Positions 39,850 through 54,711 of a stretch of 64,000 nucleotides of DNA are shown here, piece by piece. The notes under the pieces were generated by a model that worked only from the letters and a program-made list of their open reading frames with translations, searched no databases and was not told the origin of the DNA. Each line of letters starts with the position of its first letter. The first letter of the stretch is position 1. Source of the stretch: Kudoa neothunni (taxonomy: Eukaryota; Animalia; Cnidaria); the NCBI GenBank assembly GCA_964304625.1, contig OZ199840.1:593284-657283 (forward strand). The letters are read 5' to 3'. The translations under genes and the position numbers were made by a program.

Positions 39850-41720
39850 GAAGATTAAAACTGACCGCCATATACTCGATTGGATTGTTGACTGTACGAA
39901 CAAATACATAAACAAAGGCGAAATGGGTTAGTTTTAATCACAAATGATGACCTAATGAAGTATATTGGTTTTAGTTTGCTTATGGGAATAATGAAAGGCA
40001 AAAACGGGCATTCGAGAATTTTGGCCTCCTAAATACGTCCAACCGACAATCATACAATTCATATCCATTTTTTTAAAATTTTCTTTCTGCATAAGATTTG
40101 AAAAAAAGGTAAACTTTCATAAGAGAAATGTTCGAAATTTTTATTGACAATTATCAGCGAAATTATTCTCCGAGTGAATAATTGACGATAGACGAACAGA
40201 ACAACATGTGATATTCCGAGGTATATGTGGATTCAAAATTTACTTTACAAACAAGCCCTGGAAATGTGAAATTAAAATGGGAGCATTGGATGATTACGCA
40301 AATGTTTACTTATTTAATGCCAAGGTATATCTTTGAAAAGAAAATGGTCAAGTAGAGTTTTATTAGGGAGAAAACGTAGTAAACAACCTATGCAAGTCTG
40401 TTTTTAAAACTGGTAGAAATGTTACGAAGGACAACTTTTCAACGATGTTATCTCTTGTGAGATTCTTACTAATCCAAGAATAATAAATCAGTCGTTCTTT
40501 TGTCTACATTTCACAGAAATGCAACAATTGAACAAACTAAAAGCTCTGTAATTGTTACGTATTATAATAACACAAAGTTACGAGTTTAGACTCTTGACCA
40601 AGTAGTAGGGCATTTTTTCGTAAAAAGATAAACCAGAATATGGCCTGTGGCAATTTTTTTCAACGTGTTGGATATTTCTGCGTACAACTCATTTGTTATA
40701 TTGCGAAAAATACAAAAAATTTATCGACAAATATAATACTAGAGATCAAAATGTAATATTATGTAAAAGGCACCTGGTGTTATTGCCTATTGTGCTTCAA
40801 GAGTTAAAATCCAACTAGATAATTTTTTATATTTTTTAAAGAAGCAATCCTTTCGATAATAATAAAATATAAAAATCAGTTTTATGTCTCAAAATATGAC
40901 AATTCAACATAACGTTGATGATGTTGAATTTAACGGCTACTTGGGAACATTAATTCTTATGGCTACTCATAAGGACCGCAGAGAGCATAGCAAACAACTT
41001 TTTAATACATGTATAAAAGCAAATTTGTTTATAGGCAATTGCCCAGTTGTCATAGATTTCGACAAATATCAAGAGCAATTCTCTTTGATGACTATAATAC
41101 AAGAAAAGGAAGAATAAATATTTTGCGATTCATGATATTCTTAGTATGTGGATTGGTGTTTTACCAAAATGCTTTGTACCATTCGAAGATGTCGCCATCA
41201 ATTAGCAGTTGGTCTCAATCCAAAAAATTAGACAGTGTTGGTGAAAATATCGTTGAAACTTTGTGAGCCGCTGTATTTCCCAGGGAGAAATATTGTAAAG
41301 CATAATATCCTTATATTATACAATGTATGAAATAAGCTTCTCGAAGAAAATATGACTAAGTTGGGTGCAAATCGACGATAGTGTCTATTTGCATTACCTC
41401 TATATTTGCTTTTTCATTTACATTAGTCATTGCAAATGAACAATAATAATAATAGCCGCAGATGCGAAATAATATTTTTTTGATTGGCATTTAAGTCGTA
41501 CGTCAATTATTATCAATCGTAGACATTACAGTCATTTACTCCATAAAATAATTAAAAAACTGTTAATTATCAAAATTAGAAAAAAATACTTTTATCGTTT
41601 AATTCATTTTAAAAATAATATTATTTATCGTTTTTGGTTATTAGTGTTTTTCTGCAATAACTAATTTAAAAAAAACACATATCGAGGTAATGATTGGATC
41701 CTCACACATGCACCGAGGGT
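39850..41720 (+). mobile_element. Two consecutive decayed piggyBac transposase remnants
   Basis: LTIDEQ, FRGICGF, NKPWKCEIK, GRNVTKDNF, WPVAIFFNVLDISAYNSF; second copy FNGYLGTLILM, RFRQISRAILFDD. Confidence 0.8.
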
Positions 41721-41728
41721 GTGAAAAT

Positions 41729-42436
41729 CAGGGCGTCCAAACCTCGAGTATTTCCCTAAGATCTAGGGGGTTTTTCACTTTAAGCTAAATCTTGAGGTTT
41801 CTTTTTCATTTACATAACTTTTATTTTCTTGAAATCTTTGATATCAGTTTATAAATAATAAGTTTTAGAATTAGGTAGAATAATCATATTTATTGTTTTA
41901 GTAATTGAGAGAATTTAAATTATTCGAAATTCTACAGAGATGTCGCGGTTGTCGACAACACGCTGTTTTTCGATCCTTGAATAATTGTTATTTAATCAAT
42001 TGTTCTTATTATTCTGTGATTCTATTTGGGTATTTCAACGCTGTCTTAAAATTTTCTATTTTTTTAATAACACATTTGAATTATGTGTGAAATTTCAAAC
42101 GGAGATCAAAAAAGCGCGTGGGATAATATGTGCTCCAATCAAGATTGGTTAAAAGTAGACTTTAAATATTGGCTTGGTAAATACGCTAAGGGCAGAAATT
42201 CCAGCTGCTGCAAATGTTTAACGGATTTATTCGTTAATGAACACAGTAAAAACCAAACAAACTAACTCATTAAAGGTTAAAACTGTAAAATGTAAACTTA
42301 TCGCAAAGCAGTTGATCAGAAGAAATAATAATCCGTGTTTGACGTCGCAGCCAGCAAATAAACTAATACATGATGTGAACAGCGGTGTTGCGAGCTAACG
42401 ATACCTTGTTTTTTCCAATAGTTATTGGACGCCCTG
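41729..42436 (+). mobile_element. hAT-like non-autonomous element
   Basis: Perfect 12-bp TIR CAGGGCGTCCAA / TTGGACGCCCTG; internal DW...FKYWL...CCKC zinc-finger-like remnant. TSD not convincing. Confidence 0.7.
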
Positions 42437-42599
42437 ATACAAACAGCCACCATCCTATCCGACATAATAAACCAGAAATTTCACCCTGTGCTTTGCCACC
42501 AAAAACGTAACATTATACATATATATATATATATATAGTAGACATATTTAATTCGAAAAGAAACTGATGATACTATCATATGTAAGCAAAAAAAGAGGT

Positions 42600-43420
42600 A
42601 ATATTAATGTTTTAATTATCAATGAATGATAATATTAATAATGATTGTAAACGCAAATCAGGAGTGACTATTCATTATAATTCAACAATAGTGTCACGGA
42701 TCCTATATCCATTAACCTCCGTTATACACTAGAAGGGAATTACACTATATTAAAATATATTACGACTATTAATTACTTATCATATATATTCGACAGCTAC
42801 CATTAAATTTTCTTCCTTAGGGCGCAGAAACATAAAAGTCTCCACGACAAATAGGTTGTGTTGATATTACAGATCGTATGGTGGCATCTGTTTCTTTCTG
42901 ACGGAATAAAAGATGATGGCCAATGGTGGTGTTTTTTAAACAATTTATCTATCATTCATAAACACCATGTTAATACATAAAAAAATATTTGATGGCAATA
43001 TTATCCAAAGAATAATTTTTTATACACTAGTTAAATTGCAGTTAGTAGATAGATTAAATTAATGGAAAGAAATAAATTAATTAATTAAAAAACTTTTCCA
43101 AAGTCATTTTCTCTTGCATTCCACAACAACTCACAAGTCGAACTCTCAAAGTAAATTGTCAAGGGGGAAATTTCGACCCAATTAGTTGAAATAAAAAAAG
43201 AATGTTTGTCTTGAATGTAATAGATACTGCTACAAAAATCATGTGTTGAAAAATTGCCTAAAAATTAATATAATGATTTTTAACTAAGCTAATTAAGAAA
43301 ATTTATATATTTTTTTCTTTCAAATGAAATAATAACAACTCGGGTATCATATAAGTTATAACCCCTCCCTTCCTAAATTCTTTGGAGATAAATCGATTTT
43401 ATGTAAATTAAAGAGTTTAA
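42600..43420 (+). mobile_element. piggyBac 3' remnant
   Basis: IHYNST, WPMVVF, Cys-rich tail NVCLECNRYCYKNH; terminal palindrome then TTAA. Confidence 0.6.
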
Positions 43421-43771
43421 AACCCACACAATAAATAATCTCGACTATTACAACAACCATCAATCTTCGTTGATAATTGAATATATTAAACGTTTTATAA
43501 TTCAAAAAAACAAAAAATTTCTAATTGGTTTTTTCCATTTGCATGCTTAGGTAAACACAAATTAATCTAATTTAAATGTATATTAATATTCATGATTTCG
43601 TTAGTATCGACCTAAGAATTAAAAATTTTTATGGTGAATTTTGGGGGAAGAGAAAACGGAAAAACAAATAACAATCCTACAAGGATGCGATTTAGATGCC
43701 ACTGTTGCAATTAAAGAAACAACTATCAACAAACATATCTGCACGAACGAAATTACACACGGAAGAACAGA

Positions 43772-46700
43772 CTATTGATTTTTAGGGGAAACATCCTTGG
43801 TAGCGAAAGGAATTTTGTCCTGCTCAAGCAGGTGGCGAGCAGCTTCAGTGAGAATATCCATGAAAATACAGCATTGTTCTTTGTTGAAATAGTCAATGAC
43901 AGAATTTTGTTGGAAACTTGTTGATTTGTAGGAAAGTTCCAACACCTATCAAATACGTGATCCAATTTAACTATTGTACACAACGTGCAAGCAGAAAGGG
44001 AAATTACTTGACTGTACATTTTTTGCGATAAATACAACCGGCCCAAATAAAGCAAGCAATAAGGATGCCAGAGCCTAACGATAAATCCATATATAGTGGA
44101 ATCATCCAAACATAGGGTTGAATCCTATGAAAAAGTAGCGGCATGAGAAAAAAATTGATGATTCAGATTCAGTCCATTTCGCCTACCTTGAGATTCAATT
44201 CTGAGATATTGTAGAATTTGTCGTTGTCGAAACTATTCTCAATTATTTCGATAAGGTCCTATGACAAATAAACTATGATTTAAACGATCAAATATTTATT
44301 TTAATTTATTAAACAACTAAATATTTCTGTTTATATAAAATTAGTCGAAAATAATCGTGTAATAGGAAATTATTACATTCATTTCACAATGGAATTATTA
44401 AGATAATAATCACTTAATTAGTTAATATTATATAAAACTAATAGTAGTTACACCAAAAAATTAGTAACGAAACGATAAATCTTCAAATTTTACCTTCACA
44501 TAACTCTCATCACAGAATTGTTCACCATGAATCCATCTATCGAAAGCGGTTACGCTGTACTAAAGGGTCACGTATTTCATAAACCTCCAAATGATTTTTT
44601 AATTCCAGTTACCAAAACATCGAATTCCATATGAAACTGATCGATAACATCTTCAAAATATTCTGCACTTACCTGTCATAATAATGTTCATTATTGTTAA
44701 ACAATGAATGACTCACATTTAAATTGTCCTTATTGATATAAAGCCGATCGATGGAACAATTTCTGAGATGGGACATTGTGGAGACGATGAATTCATTGAA
44801 ATTAGTTTGAAAAATACCAAGGTGTTTAATCACATGATTCATAACCTTTTCCACAAGTATTACCACCAAAACGGCCAACTTGGAATCGTTAATAAACCAT
44901 TCGATAGAATCGTTGAGTTCTGAGATAATCTACATAAAAAAAGAGTTCCATGTTTTAGTACAGTGGCAATTCGACAACCTTATTCAAATCAGTAGGCGAG
45001 GTTTCGAGCACCTATTAATAACAAAATTAATAATTCAACAGTCAAAAAAATAAAGCCATTACATGATTTATAGAGTCCTCACAGTGTGTGTTAACCATAT
45101 CAATAATATCCAAGTCTACAAATGATAAAATCGGCCATAACAAATTTGAATGATATATACCAGTGGATTTGGCTAGAGAAATAATATCTGCTTTATTTGA
45201 TACAGGACTGATTTCTGAAGAGATTAAATAAAAGTAAAACATTTTGCAAACACTAAATACTTTTGAGGAGTCTCGAAAACGACATGTATCTCGAGTGTGG
45301 GGGAAGAAAAGTTAGTAGAAATGGAACAAGGTCAGTTTCGTCACTGGCAACCAGAGCATCAAAATACCATTCACATATACACATGAAATCGCCACATTCA
45401 ACACTTTCGTCATCTCCTGTTAATTCACTCGCGAGCTGCACAGTAGGTTTAATCAACAAATACAAATAGTTCTAAATATGAGCGAAATCGGCTTAATAAC
45501 TCTAGAATAGGTGCAAATCTACTCACCAAGAAACGCAAAAAATGTATTTTATTGATGGAATATGTGTGACCGGGATTATTTGTGGTTAGATCACCACAAT
45601 ATTGATTGAATGTGCTAAGAATAGCTGATCTAAGTTTCTCGGGAAACGTGCTATGACTCTCAGCAACATTTCTATAGGGTGTATTTTGATTGTGTGTATT
45701 GGAAGAACCCACTAGCGAACCATTGAAGTTTTCAGTTGGAGCCAAACTTTCCAGCACAACTCTCACTATAGATTTATAGCAATCATCAATTGGTTCTGTG
45801 AAACGACTATCGTTTATGTTTGAAGGATTAGAGTTGGTATCATTAAAAATGACGTCGATGTGTTGAGCCAGCACCTGATGAAGACTGATATCAAGTGGCG
45901 AGGATATTTTTTTATCGAGATATAGTTTGCAGTAGGTCCAAATTAAGTCGCGATAACTTTCCTTTACCTCCAATTGCACATTAACATTATTGCTGAAAGC
46001 CCCATAGAAGGCACGTTCATAAATATCGTAATTTTTCTAATATAAACCATTACTATTTTCCACCAACATCAATCAACCGACGCACATTGTTGGATATTCT
46101 ATCGCACATTTGTCTCCATTTCAACCGCATGTGATTGCCCTCAACACCTTTACATAATGATTAATTATAATTAATATCGATTAAATTGGTAACAAATTTA
46201 GTTAAATAAAATACGTATATTCTTCTCGATTCGCTCAAGTTGCCACCCCTCCATAACTGCAGCTTTGAGATACTGTTTCTGACTTAGACATAGATCAATA
46301 GCCTGTATAACCATATTATCAACAATACAATCGCCGATAAATATATATCACTTTGGTTAGTTTTCCGGACCGGATATATTGATATAACCTTTTGTTGGTG
46401 AGTTCAATGTTGTCCTTAATGATCGTAACAAATTCGGGTATGAGTTATGAAAATAATTTAAATAAAAGAACTTGAATATCATTAGGGATGTTTCGTTTGT
46501 AGATATGGATCGAATCAGGATCCTTTTATAAAAAATGAACACATTTAAATTGGATGGAATGAATAGATTACAATTCTAAAAGGCTCATCGTTTTTATGCT
46601 TATGGGAACGTTTTCTTGGTCTTAGTTTGAATTCGGCAGCCATTTCCTCTCTAAACATACGTCGACTCAATTGCAAAGTATTGCAAAGTAGTTTAATCTT

Positions 46701-47679
46701 ACAAGAAATCAATCTGTTTCGGAAAATTATCAAAATCGCTACTCCATACTAGTGAAAACTTTTTCTCCACATAATAACATCGTTCACACCAATCAATAAT
46801 GATCTAGATTGAAGAAATTAATGAGTTTTTTTGTTTTTTAAGTGATTACTTGTGCTAATTCCATATCAGGATATTTCACAAAAAGATAACTCACATAGTC
46901 ATACTCGCTTTGATTTTTCATCTTTTCAGCTCTAGCCAACTACAGCAAACTTAATGTATTGATCTGATCATAACGATAATACTTCTTGAGAGAAATCAGT
47001 ATTTTCGGCATTGAAATGAAATCTAATTATTATTTAAACGAACATACGATTATATAAACAAATTTACAATTCCAGCACATAAAACAAATCCCACAGAAAA
47101 TATTCATTCAGCAATTGTTTGCATGTGGTGAGTAGAGCGCTGTGTGGCGACTTTCGGTTGGTTTTTTTGTAATGCATTTTCATGAGATATGTCAGGGTTG
47201 CCACGTAATCGTAAGTGGCCTATAACAGAGTGAGCCTTTAAAAAAAATTTCGCCACCAAAAACCCACATTTCTATACAGCATCAACATCAAATGGAACGG
47301 CTCGTGTGCAGGCATATTCACGTAAAAGTATAGATATTTAGAATTCAAAGAATTATCTAATACAATTTTTTTAGGTTATATCTCATTAGATTTACTTTCA
47401 GTGTTAGAATCCAATTTTTCAAGGTTGCTTTCGTCGATTATTGATTGAGCTGATTCACAACGAGGAATATCCTTTTTTGAAAGATAAAAATTTAAAACCC
47501 CATCAACTATAAAACAACCTGCATCAGCGACATCAAATATGACACTTTTTCCACAGATAAATCATTCACATCCAAACTATCAATGTGAGCATGGTCAAAA
47601 TGAACGGTGTTGTCATTCTAAATAGTTTCGTTGAAAATTGAATTTGATAACGTATTTTATTTAATTATTTAACCACCAT
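43772..47679 (-). CDS. NUP107: Nucleoporin Nup107 (multi-exon, divergent)
   Basis: Spliced motifs parallel Nup107 as I recall it: QIIIDWCE, DPDS, KAAVMEGW, VEGNHMRLKW, YERAFYGAFS, SYRDLIWTY, YFDALVASDETDLVPFLLTFLP, FNKEQCCIFMDILTEAARHLLEQ; ATG at 47679, TAG at 43772. Confidence 0.88.
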
Positions 47680-47733
47680 TTTGATCGTAAACCTGGCTTA
47701 AATTGACACAATGGTCGGTAACAATTAAGAAAC

Positions 47734-47743
47734 GCGCCTGCGC
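47734..47743. promoter_or_regulatory. NRF1-like site upstream of NUP107
   Basis: GCGCCTGCGC 55 nt upstream of the ATG, in AT-rich DNA. Confidence 0.55.
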
Positions 47744-49549
47744 CTAATACATTAATACATTAAATACGTAATCTAAAGTTGATAGCAATAATTAAATTTC
47801 TCTATCTAATATACATTTGACTTATTTAACGCAATAATGAGTCCAATATGACATGTGTGAATGAAGTGGCTTCATCTAGTTTTTTGGGAGATGATAATTG
47901 TTTTCATTACTCATTAATCCATTAAAATCATTATATATATATATATTATTATACGCATTATTATACACATTATTAGATGAAGGATGTCCTCGAGATCTTC
48001 CTTGAATGTTTTCTAATTGTTATTATTTTAATTGTTTTTTGATAACAAAATGCCGGAAGACCTATGTCACAAAGGAGATCGTATACACGAAATGTTTTTG
48101 ATTATATATTTTTTTATCTTCCTAAAAAATAGTAAAATTCTCTCCAAAACCACTTTAATATGATTAAGGTGCAAAATTAACGTATCCTCGGAGAAGGGGC
48201 GAGCATTTCAATTTCAAGTTGTTATGGTCCATCTCATAATCTAACAACGAAAAAAATTTAAATTATTTATCATCAATTTCTAGATAATTCTGTTTACTCG
48301 GATCCAACATGGTTATTGGAAAATAAAACGGGGACCATCTGTTTAATGAAAATTTGAGATATTTATTTTGTCAACTTTAATAAGCGGATCAAATTGGGAG
48401 GAAATGTGGAATTTATAAATAACGTTCAAAGAATAGTTATATATATTTATCGATAAAAAATATGCTGTATTTTTTTTATACAGTCATATATACGAAGATT
48501 TAATCAAACCAAATTCCAATATGATTATTAAAATAATAATATGTAGAAATTAATATTAATCATCCCAGTTTCAATACAAAAAAAATTTTTTATAGGATAA
48601 TCACAAATAAAAATGAAAGTAATTATTAAGGATAATGTTAACAAATAAATTTCACCTAAAAAAGCGGAATATCAAAGTAAAGATTACGTTTTAATTATGA
48701 AACTGATATTTAAATTAAATAATAACATTTCTTAAAGTTAAGAAATGATTGTCAACGGTTTTATAACTTTAATAGAAAAAATGCAATTATTATAATATAT
48801 ATTATCGCCTAATGCTTTTAAAATGTTAACAAAAAATGTAGTAAATTAAGTTAATATTTGTACCAAAATCTTATTGGGACTCAAATTTTTACTTATCAAA
48901 AATGCTACCTTATATTAATACTTTTCTATATAATATTTGTACAAATATTTTTTAAACAAGATTTCTAATATATTAAACTATTTTTATTGTTTATATTACT
49001 ACATTTAATTTTTTGTTGATGATAAATTTTCATTAAAATGCTCGTTTAAACCTCTAACATTTATATAAAATTCCAATTAAAAATTTATAAACTAAACATA
49101 CTATTGATAAACCTATATATCCGTATTAAAAGTTAAAATAATATTTTTGTAAAATAGTAAATAAGATATTTTAGTGGAATGTGCGAGTAGACTATTTTTA
49201 GAATTTATCAATTAAAAATTGTTACATATACATAGGAAAAATCTAATTGGCCTTAATAAATAAGGTTTAAATTAAGAAGTAGGAATAAGAAGAGAATATT
49301 CAATGCTAATTGCAACCAAATGGAGATTGCACGTGTACTCGATAATGTTCGGGTGAAGAATTGCCAAAATTTAAAGTTGTTATTTTGAGCTGTATCTTTG
49401 CTCTCGATATTATTTTATTTTATCATAAACAGTCGTGAAAAAATTAGGAAGAAAAAATATGTGAAAGATAGTGATTTTCAGGTGCCACACACTCATACAC
49501 TCTCCCATTACCTTGGTTTCCACCTAGTAGCAATGTTTAAAAATGGTAA

Positions 49550-50060
49550 GGAAACGACATAAATTGCCTAATTAATTGGTGGAATCGAACGACTTAGTAG
49601 CCATTGAGGATTCATCGGTCTGTAAATATTGCAAGGGACTTTACGAATTTTCGTAGATACAATCTGATAGCCTTAATATGCCTAACTTCTTATTAAATTT
49701 TTAATTTGGTGATCTTATTCCGGTGTATGGTTTCTCAAAATTAATAGAAACAAACGAGAATTTTGAATCACGGATTTTTGACTCGATAAAGGATGACTTT
49801 ATAATTAAGCGAGATAATTTGATTAAATTTTAAAGATATAATGATGCTACCAATTTCTTCCATTGATGTAGTAAGGAGTTCCTCAAGATTGCGAAGTATA
49901 CTTGGAAAGTGAAGGATCAATACTCAATTTTAACGAAATATGATAAAATCAAAATTTTCAACTCTAGTTATAAAGATTGTAACCAAAGTTAGCATATGTG
50001 CCATCCGCAGTGGAGTGGTATGACAAACCTGCCAGTGATTATTCATTTCATTATAATGTT
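49550..50060 (-). mobile_element. Possible Mutator (MULE) transposase remnant
   Basis: Minus-strand ADGTY motif near 49990-50015 and weak downstream similarity; heavily decayed. Confidence 0.3.
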
Positions 50061-50937
50061 TGTTTATTTTTAATTTATCTTAGACATTTCTTTGAGAACG
50101 AGATATTTTTGGTTTTAATTATAAAACTTCATGAAGATTAAAGGGATTAAATCAAGAATTTACGTTGTGCAATAGCAAAAACATTAATTTTTACAAATTT
50201 TAATTACATTTTATATAAAATTAAATCATCACAAAATAGGTTGTTGAAGTCATACACTATTATTATTTTTTTTATTACCGAAATAAAATTGCCAAAAAAT
50301 ATGCCAAAATATTCCCAATTACCTAATATCGATAGTATATTGAAAATGTTCTTCTCCTGTTAATAATCATTGAAAAATTTTAATTATTATTTTCTATTAT
50401 AAGACCCACATTTAAATTTCCCTGTGAATATACGACATTTTTTACCGATTAATACACAATTTTTATAGAAAAGAAAGTTTATATCTTTGATAATCGAAAT
50501 TTGAATGATTCAGATTTTAATATAAACACATAAGGATATTCGAAGGAAATAAATCATGTTCCACATAGAAACATGCTAGAACTCATTCTCACCACTCCAT
50601 TCTTTCATAATGGAGTGGAAAATAAAGTTATTTCCAAGAAAAAAATAAATTCATTATATTTACTAGTCTAAAATGGCGTATATGCTCTATTTATCTAAAT
50701 ATTTAATAATATATGATAATTATATTTGAGTATTGATGGATCCAGCTAGGATAGCTTGTAGTACTGAAAATTTATTCCTTTTCAAAATTTTCTAAAACAT
50801 ACATAAAATTAAGTTAATTAAATACACTCATAGACTATTTGATTTTATTCGTAAAATAAATACAAATATAATGAATTATTATAGAAATTGATTGAAGGAA
50901 CAAGCTCATGTATTAAAAAGTGAGAGAATGACAAAGA

Positions 50938-50949
50938 TGCGCACGCGCG
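50938..50949. promoter_or_regulatory. NRF1 consensus site upstream of NVL
   Basis: TGCGCACGCGCG is an exact match to YGCGCAYGCGCR. Confidence 0.6.
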
Positions 50950-51077
50950 GGAGTTAGATCTCATTTTATTTAGAACTTGATTTTCTCCGTGACTTTTATG
51001 TGATATTATTGTTCTAATTAATCACTACATTGTACGTAATATGTGTTTATTTTACACAGAGCAGAGAACGTAAAATA

Positions 51078-54000
51078 TGGAATTGAATTCGAAGATCCTT
51101 GATATGTATCGAAAAAAAGTCAAAATGTATGATTTTATTCAATTTGTCACGCAAAAAAATTATATATATTTATTATATTAGTATCTGTGGGTGGCGAGAC
51201 AGAGCAAAAACCTCCTAGAAATCAAATAAAATGCAATTAATCTTTGTTAATAATAATAGCACTTTTTATCAAGAATTATTTAATATAAAAATATTCTAAC
51301 AGATGGAAAACAATTTAAACCGAACAATTCACACACGCAACCATCCGAACTGCCAATAACTGCGGATATTTTAAGCCCTGTCCACAGCACCAAAACTTAT
51401 ATGGATCTCCCAGGCAACGACCATAATATAAAATTTTTCGACCAATTGATTCCATTTTTGAAAGACAAAACAATTCCACAACTTTTTAATGTTCCACTTT
51501 CCAGGGGAATTATTGTGAATGGTTCTACCGGTTGTGGTAAATCGTCATTAATAGAAGCGGTTACCCACGTATTTTGTTGTTTACTCTCGAAATGTTCAAT
51601 GAGGAAATTATTAGGAGCATAGTTTGACTTTATATCGAGTATTCGCCACTCAATTTATGAATGCGCTTACTGGGCAGTCTGAAAAATACATTAAAAAAAT
51701 CTTCAATTCTGCCATGGTAATTTTTCTGTTGGAGAAATTAATTACAACGAAATTTAAGAACTCAACCAGCGACTGTGTACTTCTAATTGAAGACATTGAT
51801 ATTCTTTTTAAAAAAGGGAGTGGTAATTCGGGGGAATCTCTTGATGATAGAATCATCCATCAAATAGCTTCGTGTATGGATGGTAGATAAGAGATTTGTT
51901 GAGTGTAACATTGAGTGAGTTGAACATTAGAACTAAGCAACAACGACACTAACAGCCTTATCGCTGTTGTGGTTACCACCTGTCGTGTATCTGCTATTGA
52001 TCCAATTTTACGACGATCAGGCAGATTCGAACATGAGGTTCACATTGGGATCCCTAATGTTTCAAATCGCGAAGCGTAATCAAACGATTATTCTTTTACT
52101 TTGACAATTTTCGACTCAGAATCTTGGAACGTATTCTTCGTCACCTTCCTTCAAATCCTCAATTGGATATATCTGAGATTGCTAGAATCACTCCAGGTTT
52201 TGCTGCTGCGGATCTTTGTGCGATTGTTAGAGGTGCTGTGATGCAAGCGTATACTCGCTACCGAACAGTGCTCTCAACCCAAAACCTTCCCTTAAATGAA
52301 CCAACTTCTATTTTTAATCAGAATAATGTAGGTTTCTTCCAGAGATTAATTTATCTACACTCAACAAATTTTCTCAATGAAAATGACCACTAATGTTTCT
52401 GATTTTTGTCGTCTTGTAGGTCACAATAAATATATCTCAAACGTTAAACGACAATGACACCTATAACTCGATTCAACTAGAACAATGTGATCTTGTGGTA
52501 TCATTGAATGAAACTCCAGATCTAGATGTGACCTACTGATCTAAATAATTTAGAGGGCGTCTGGGAATGTCAAACCTGCGTCTATGAAAGAAGGGTTCAC
52601 AGACGTCACTGGTATAACTTGGAATGATATTGGGGCTCTGGATGAGGTTCGTGAAGATTTAAAATTACAGATTATGGTATAGATCACAAAGCTACTCTTA
52701 AATATGTAATCAAATTATGCTACTCAATTTCAATTTAGGGTCCCATTATACACCGAGAATTGTTTGATGAGCTTGGTTACAGTCCTTCATCCGGAATTTT
52801 ATTGTATGGACCTCCTGGTTGTGGCAAAACACTTGTTGCCAAAGTAACACTGATAATGGTTAAAAAGATGTCTTTAATTATTATTGTAGGCGTTGGCCAG
52901 TGAAGCCGGCCTTAATTTTATTAGCGTCCGTGGTCCTGAAATAGTTAGTATGGTAGGTTGTAGATAATTTTATCACAGTCGTGCTTGATTTGATGCATTT
53001 GGATGTACATACTTTTAGTATGTTGGAGAGAGTGAACGGATGCTACGAGATATATTTAGCCAGGCTCAAAATTCAGCCCCTTGTGTAATATTTTTCGATG
53101 AGATTGATTCGATTTGTGTGAGGCGTTCCGCTTCCTCATCTGATGTAAATAACATCAATATTTTTGTTTACAAATTAAAATGGTATTTAATTTGTTAGAA
53201 CAACTCCAGTGCACGCCTTGTCAACCAACTTCTTACTGAAATGGATGGGCTTATTAGACGAACTAACGTGCACATTTTGGCAGCCACAAATAGGCCGGGT
53301 AAGCTTGAGTGTTGTTGGTGGGTTTTTCAGTGTCTCAACAATTCCATCTATAGATATTCTTGACCCAGCTGTATTAAGACCGGGCAGATTTGACAAAATG
53401 ATCTACATTGGCCTTCCCAACCACCATGAACGTCTTTCAATTATTAAAACCATCACCAAGGTGTTATGTCGATATTTTTGAATAGTTTAAATAACTTAAT
53501 TGACATCCCTACAGTTGTTGCTATTTCCCCCTATAAATTTAATAATATACACATTTAAGCGAAATTCATTTTAAACTCCAGTGTTATTCTTTTAATATTA
53601 AAATAAATTATTGTTCTTTTTTGAGTAAAATATTGTATTTTAATTTTTAAAGAATCATATCAAATTATTAGTTACAAGTTCTTATCCAACTGCAGTTGCT
53701 CTTATTCTTTTCCATTATTTTTATTCGAATCTCAAAATATGAAAACGATTTTTCGCGGCTTTTCCTTTCCATAATGTTACTTATTTGTTGTTTTACCGCG
53801 CAAGCATAAAAATAAATAAATTTTGCTTTTATGGAAAAATTAATTTTTTAACAAAAATGATAATATTTCTGCATGCCATGTATTTTCGTTTTCGTTTTCG
53901 AATAGATTAATTTATTTTTACAGTAGTGATATTCACGTTAGATAATATAAATTAATTATATTAATAACTCATTTAAAATTTAATTATTGCTTTTGACGAG

Positions 54001-54711
54001 TTAATAATTTGAATGTAATATTTTTAATTTATTCAACAAATATAAATGGAATATTGTTTGAGATATAATTAGCCCATTTAATATAAAATCATAAGTGATA
54101 GTACAGCTCATACTAACGTGGAGTCTTTCTGATTCGTAAAAACGTCCTAGGATCCAAATTGATTTAGTCATAGTTAACGTTAATGATGTTAACGATGTTA
54201 ATTGAATAGAATAGATTGCTTTATAAACATGTTCAATTATTTTTGCATGTCTTCAAAATATTGGTGATATATTAAAGGGATAATTTATTTGGATTCACTT
54301 TAAAACACTTTAATAAATCTTATATTGTTCGATTTAACATGAAAATAGAACGGAACTCGTCCAAAAATATCCGAATCCCTTATGGATGAGATAGTTGAAT
54401 CTACGAAAAACTTCAGGCATGATTTGATTGCGAATAACCATTTGAAAATGATTTAGTGGCGCAGATCTTGTGGCATTCATTCGCGAATGCACACTTTTCG
54501 CACTAAAATCTATTATTAACCAATCCAACTCAAACGGCAACAACTCCATCACTCATCAACACATACAACTAGCCCGACTCAAAGTTAACTCATCAATCTC
54601 GCCGGATGTATAACTGCTATCGAAATACACAACATTAACCTCGAATCTACTATATAGGATCTGTTGAGATACATTAAAATGAAAGAGCGTTTCTCCACCT
54701 GTCAAAATTAA
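51078..54711 (+). CDS. NVL: Nuclear VCP-like AAA+ ATPase (NVL/Rix7); 5' exons uncertain
   Basis: Two AAA modules: GSTGCGKS...RRSGRFEHE...TPGFAAADL; [17 protein letters not shown]; [70 protein letters not shown]|NGTRP; TAA at 54709-54711. Confidence 0.93.

Noticed and set aside
43880-43990. Non-canonical acceptor in the last NUP107 intron
   Set aside because: A canonical GT-AG intron (ACT|FQQNSVIDYFNKEQ) restores the frame.
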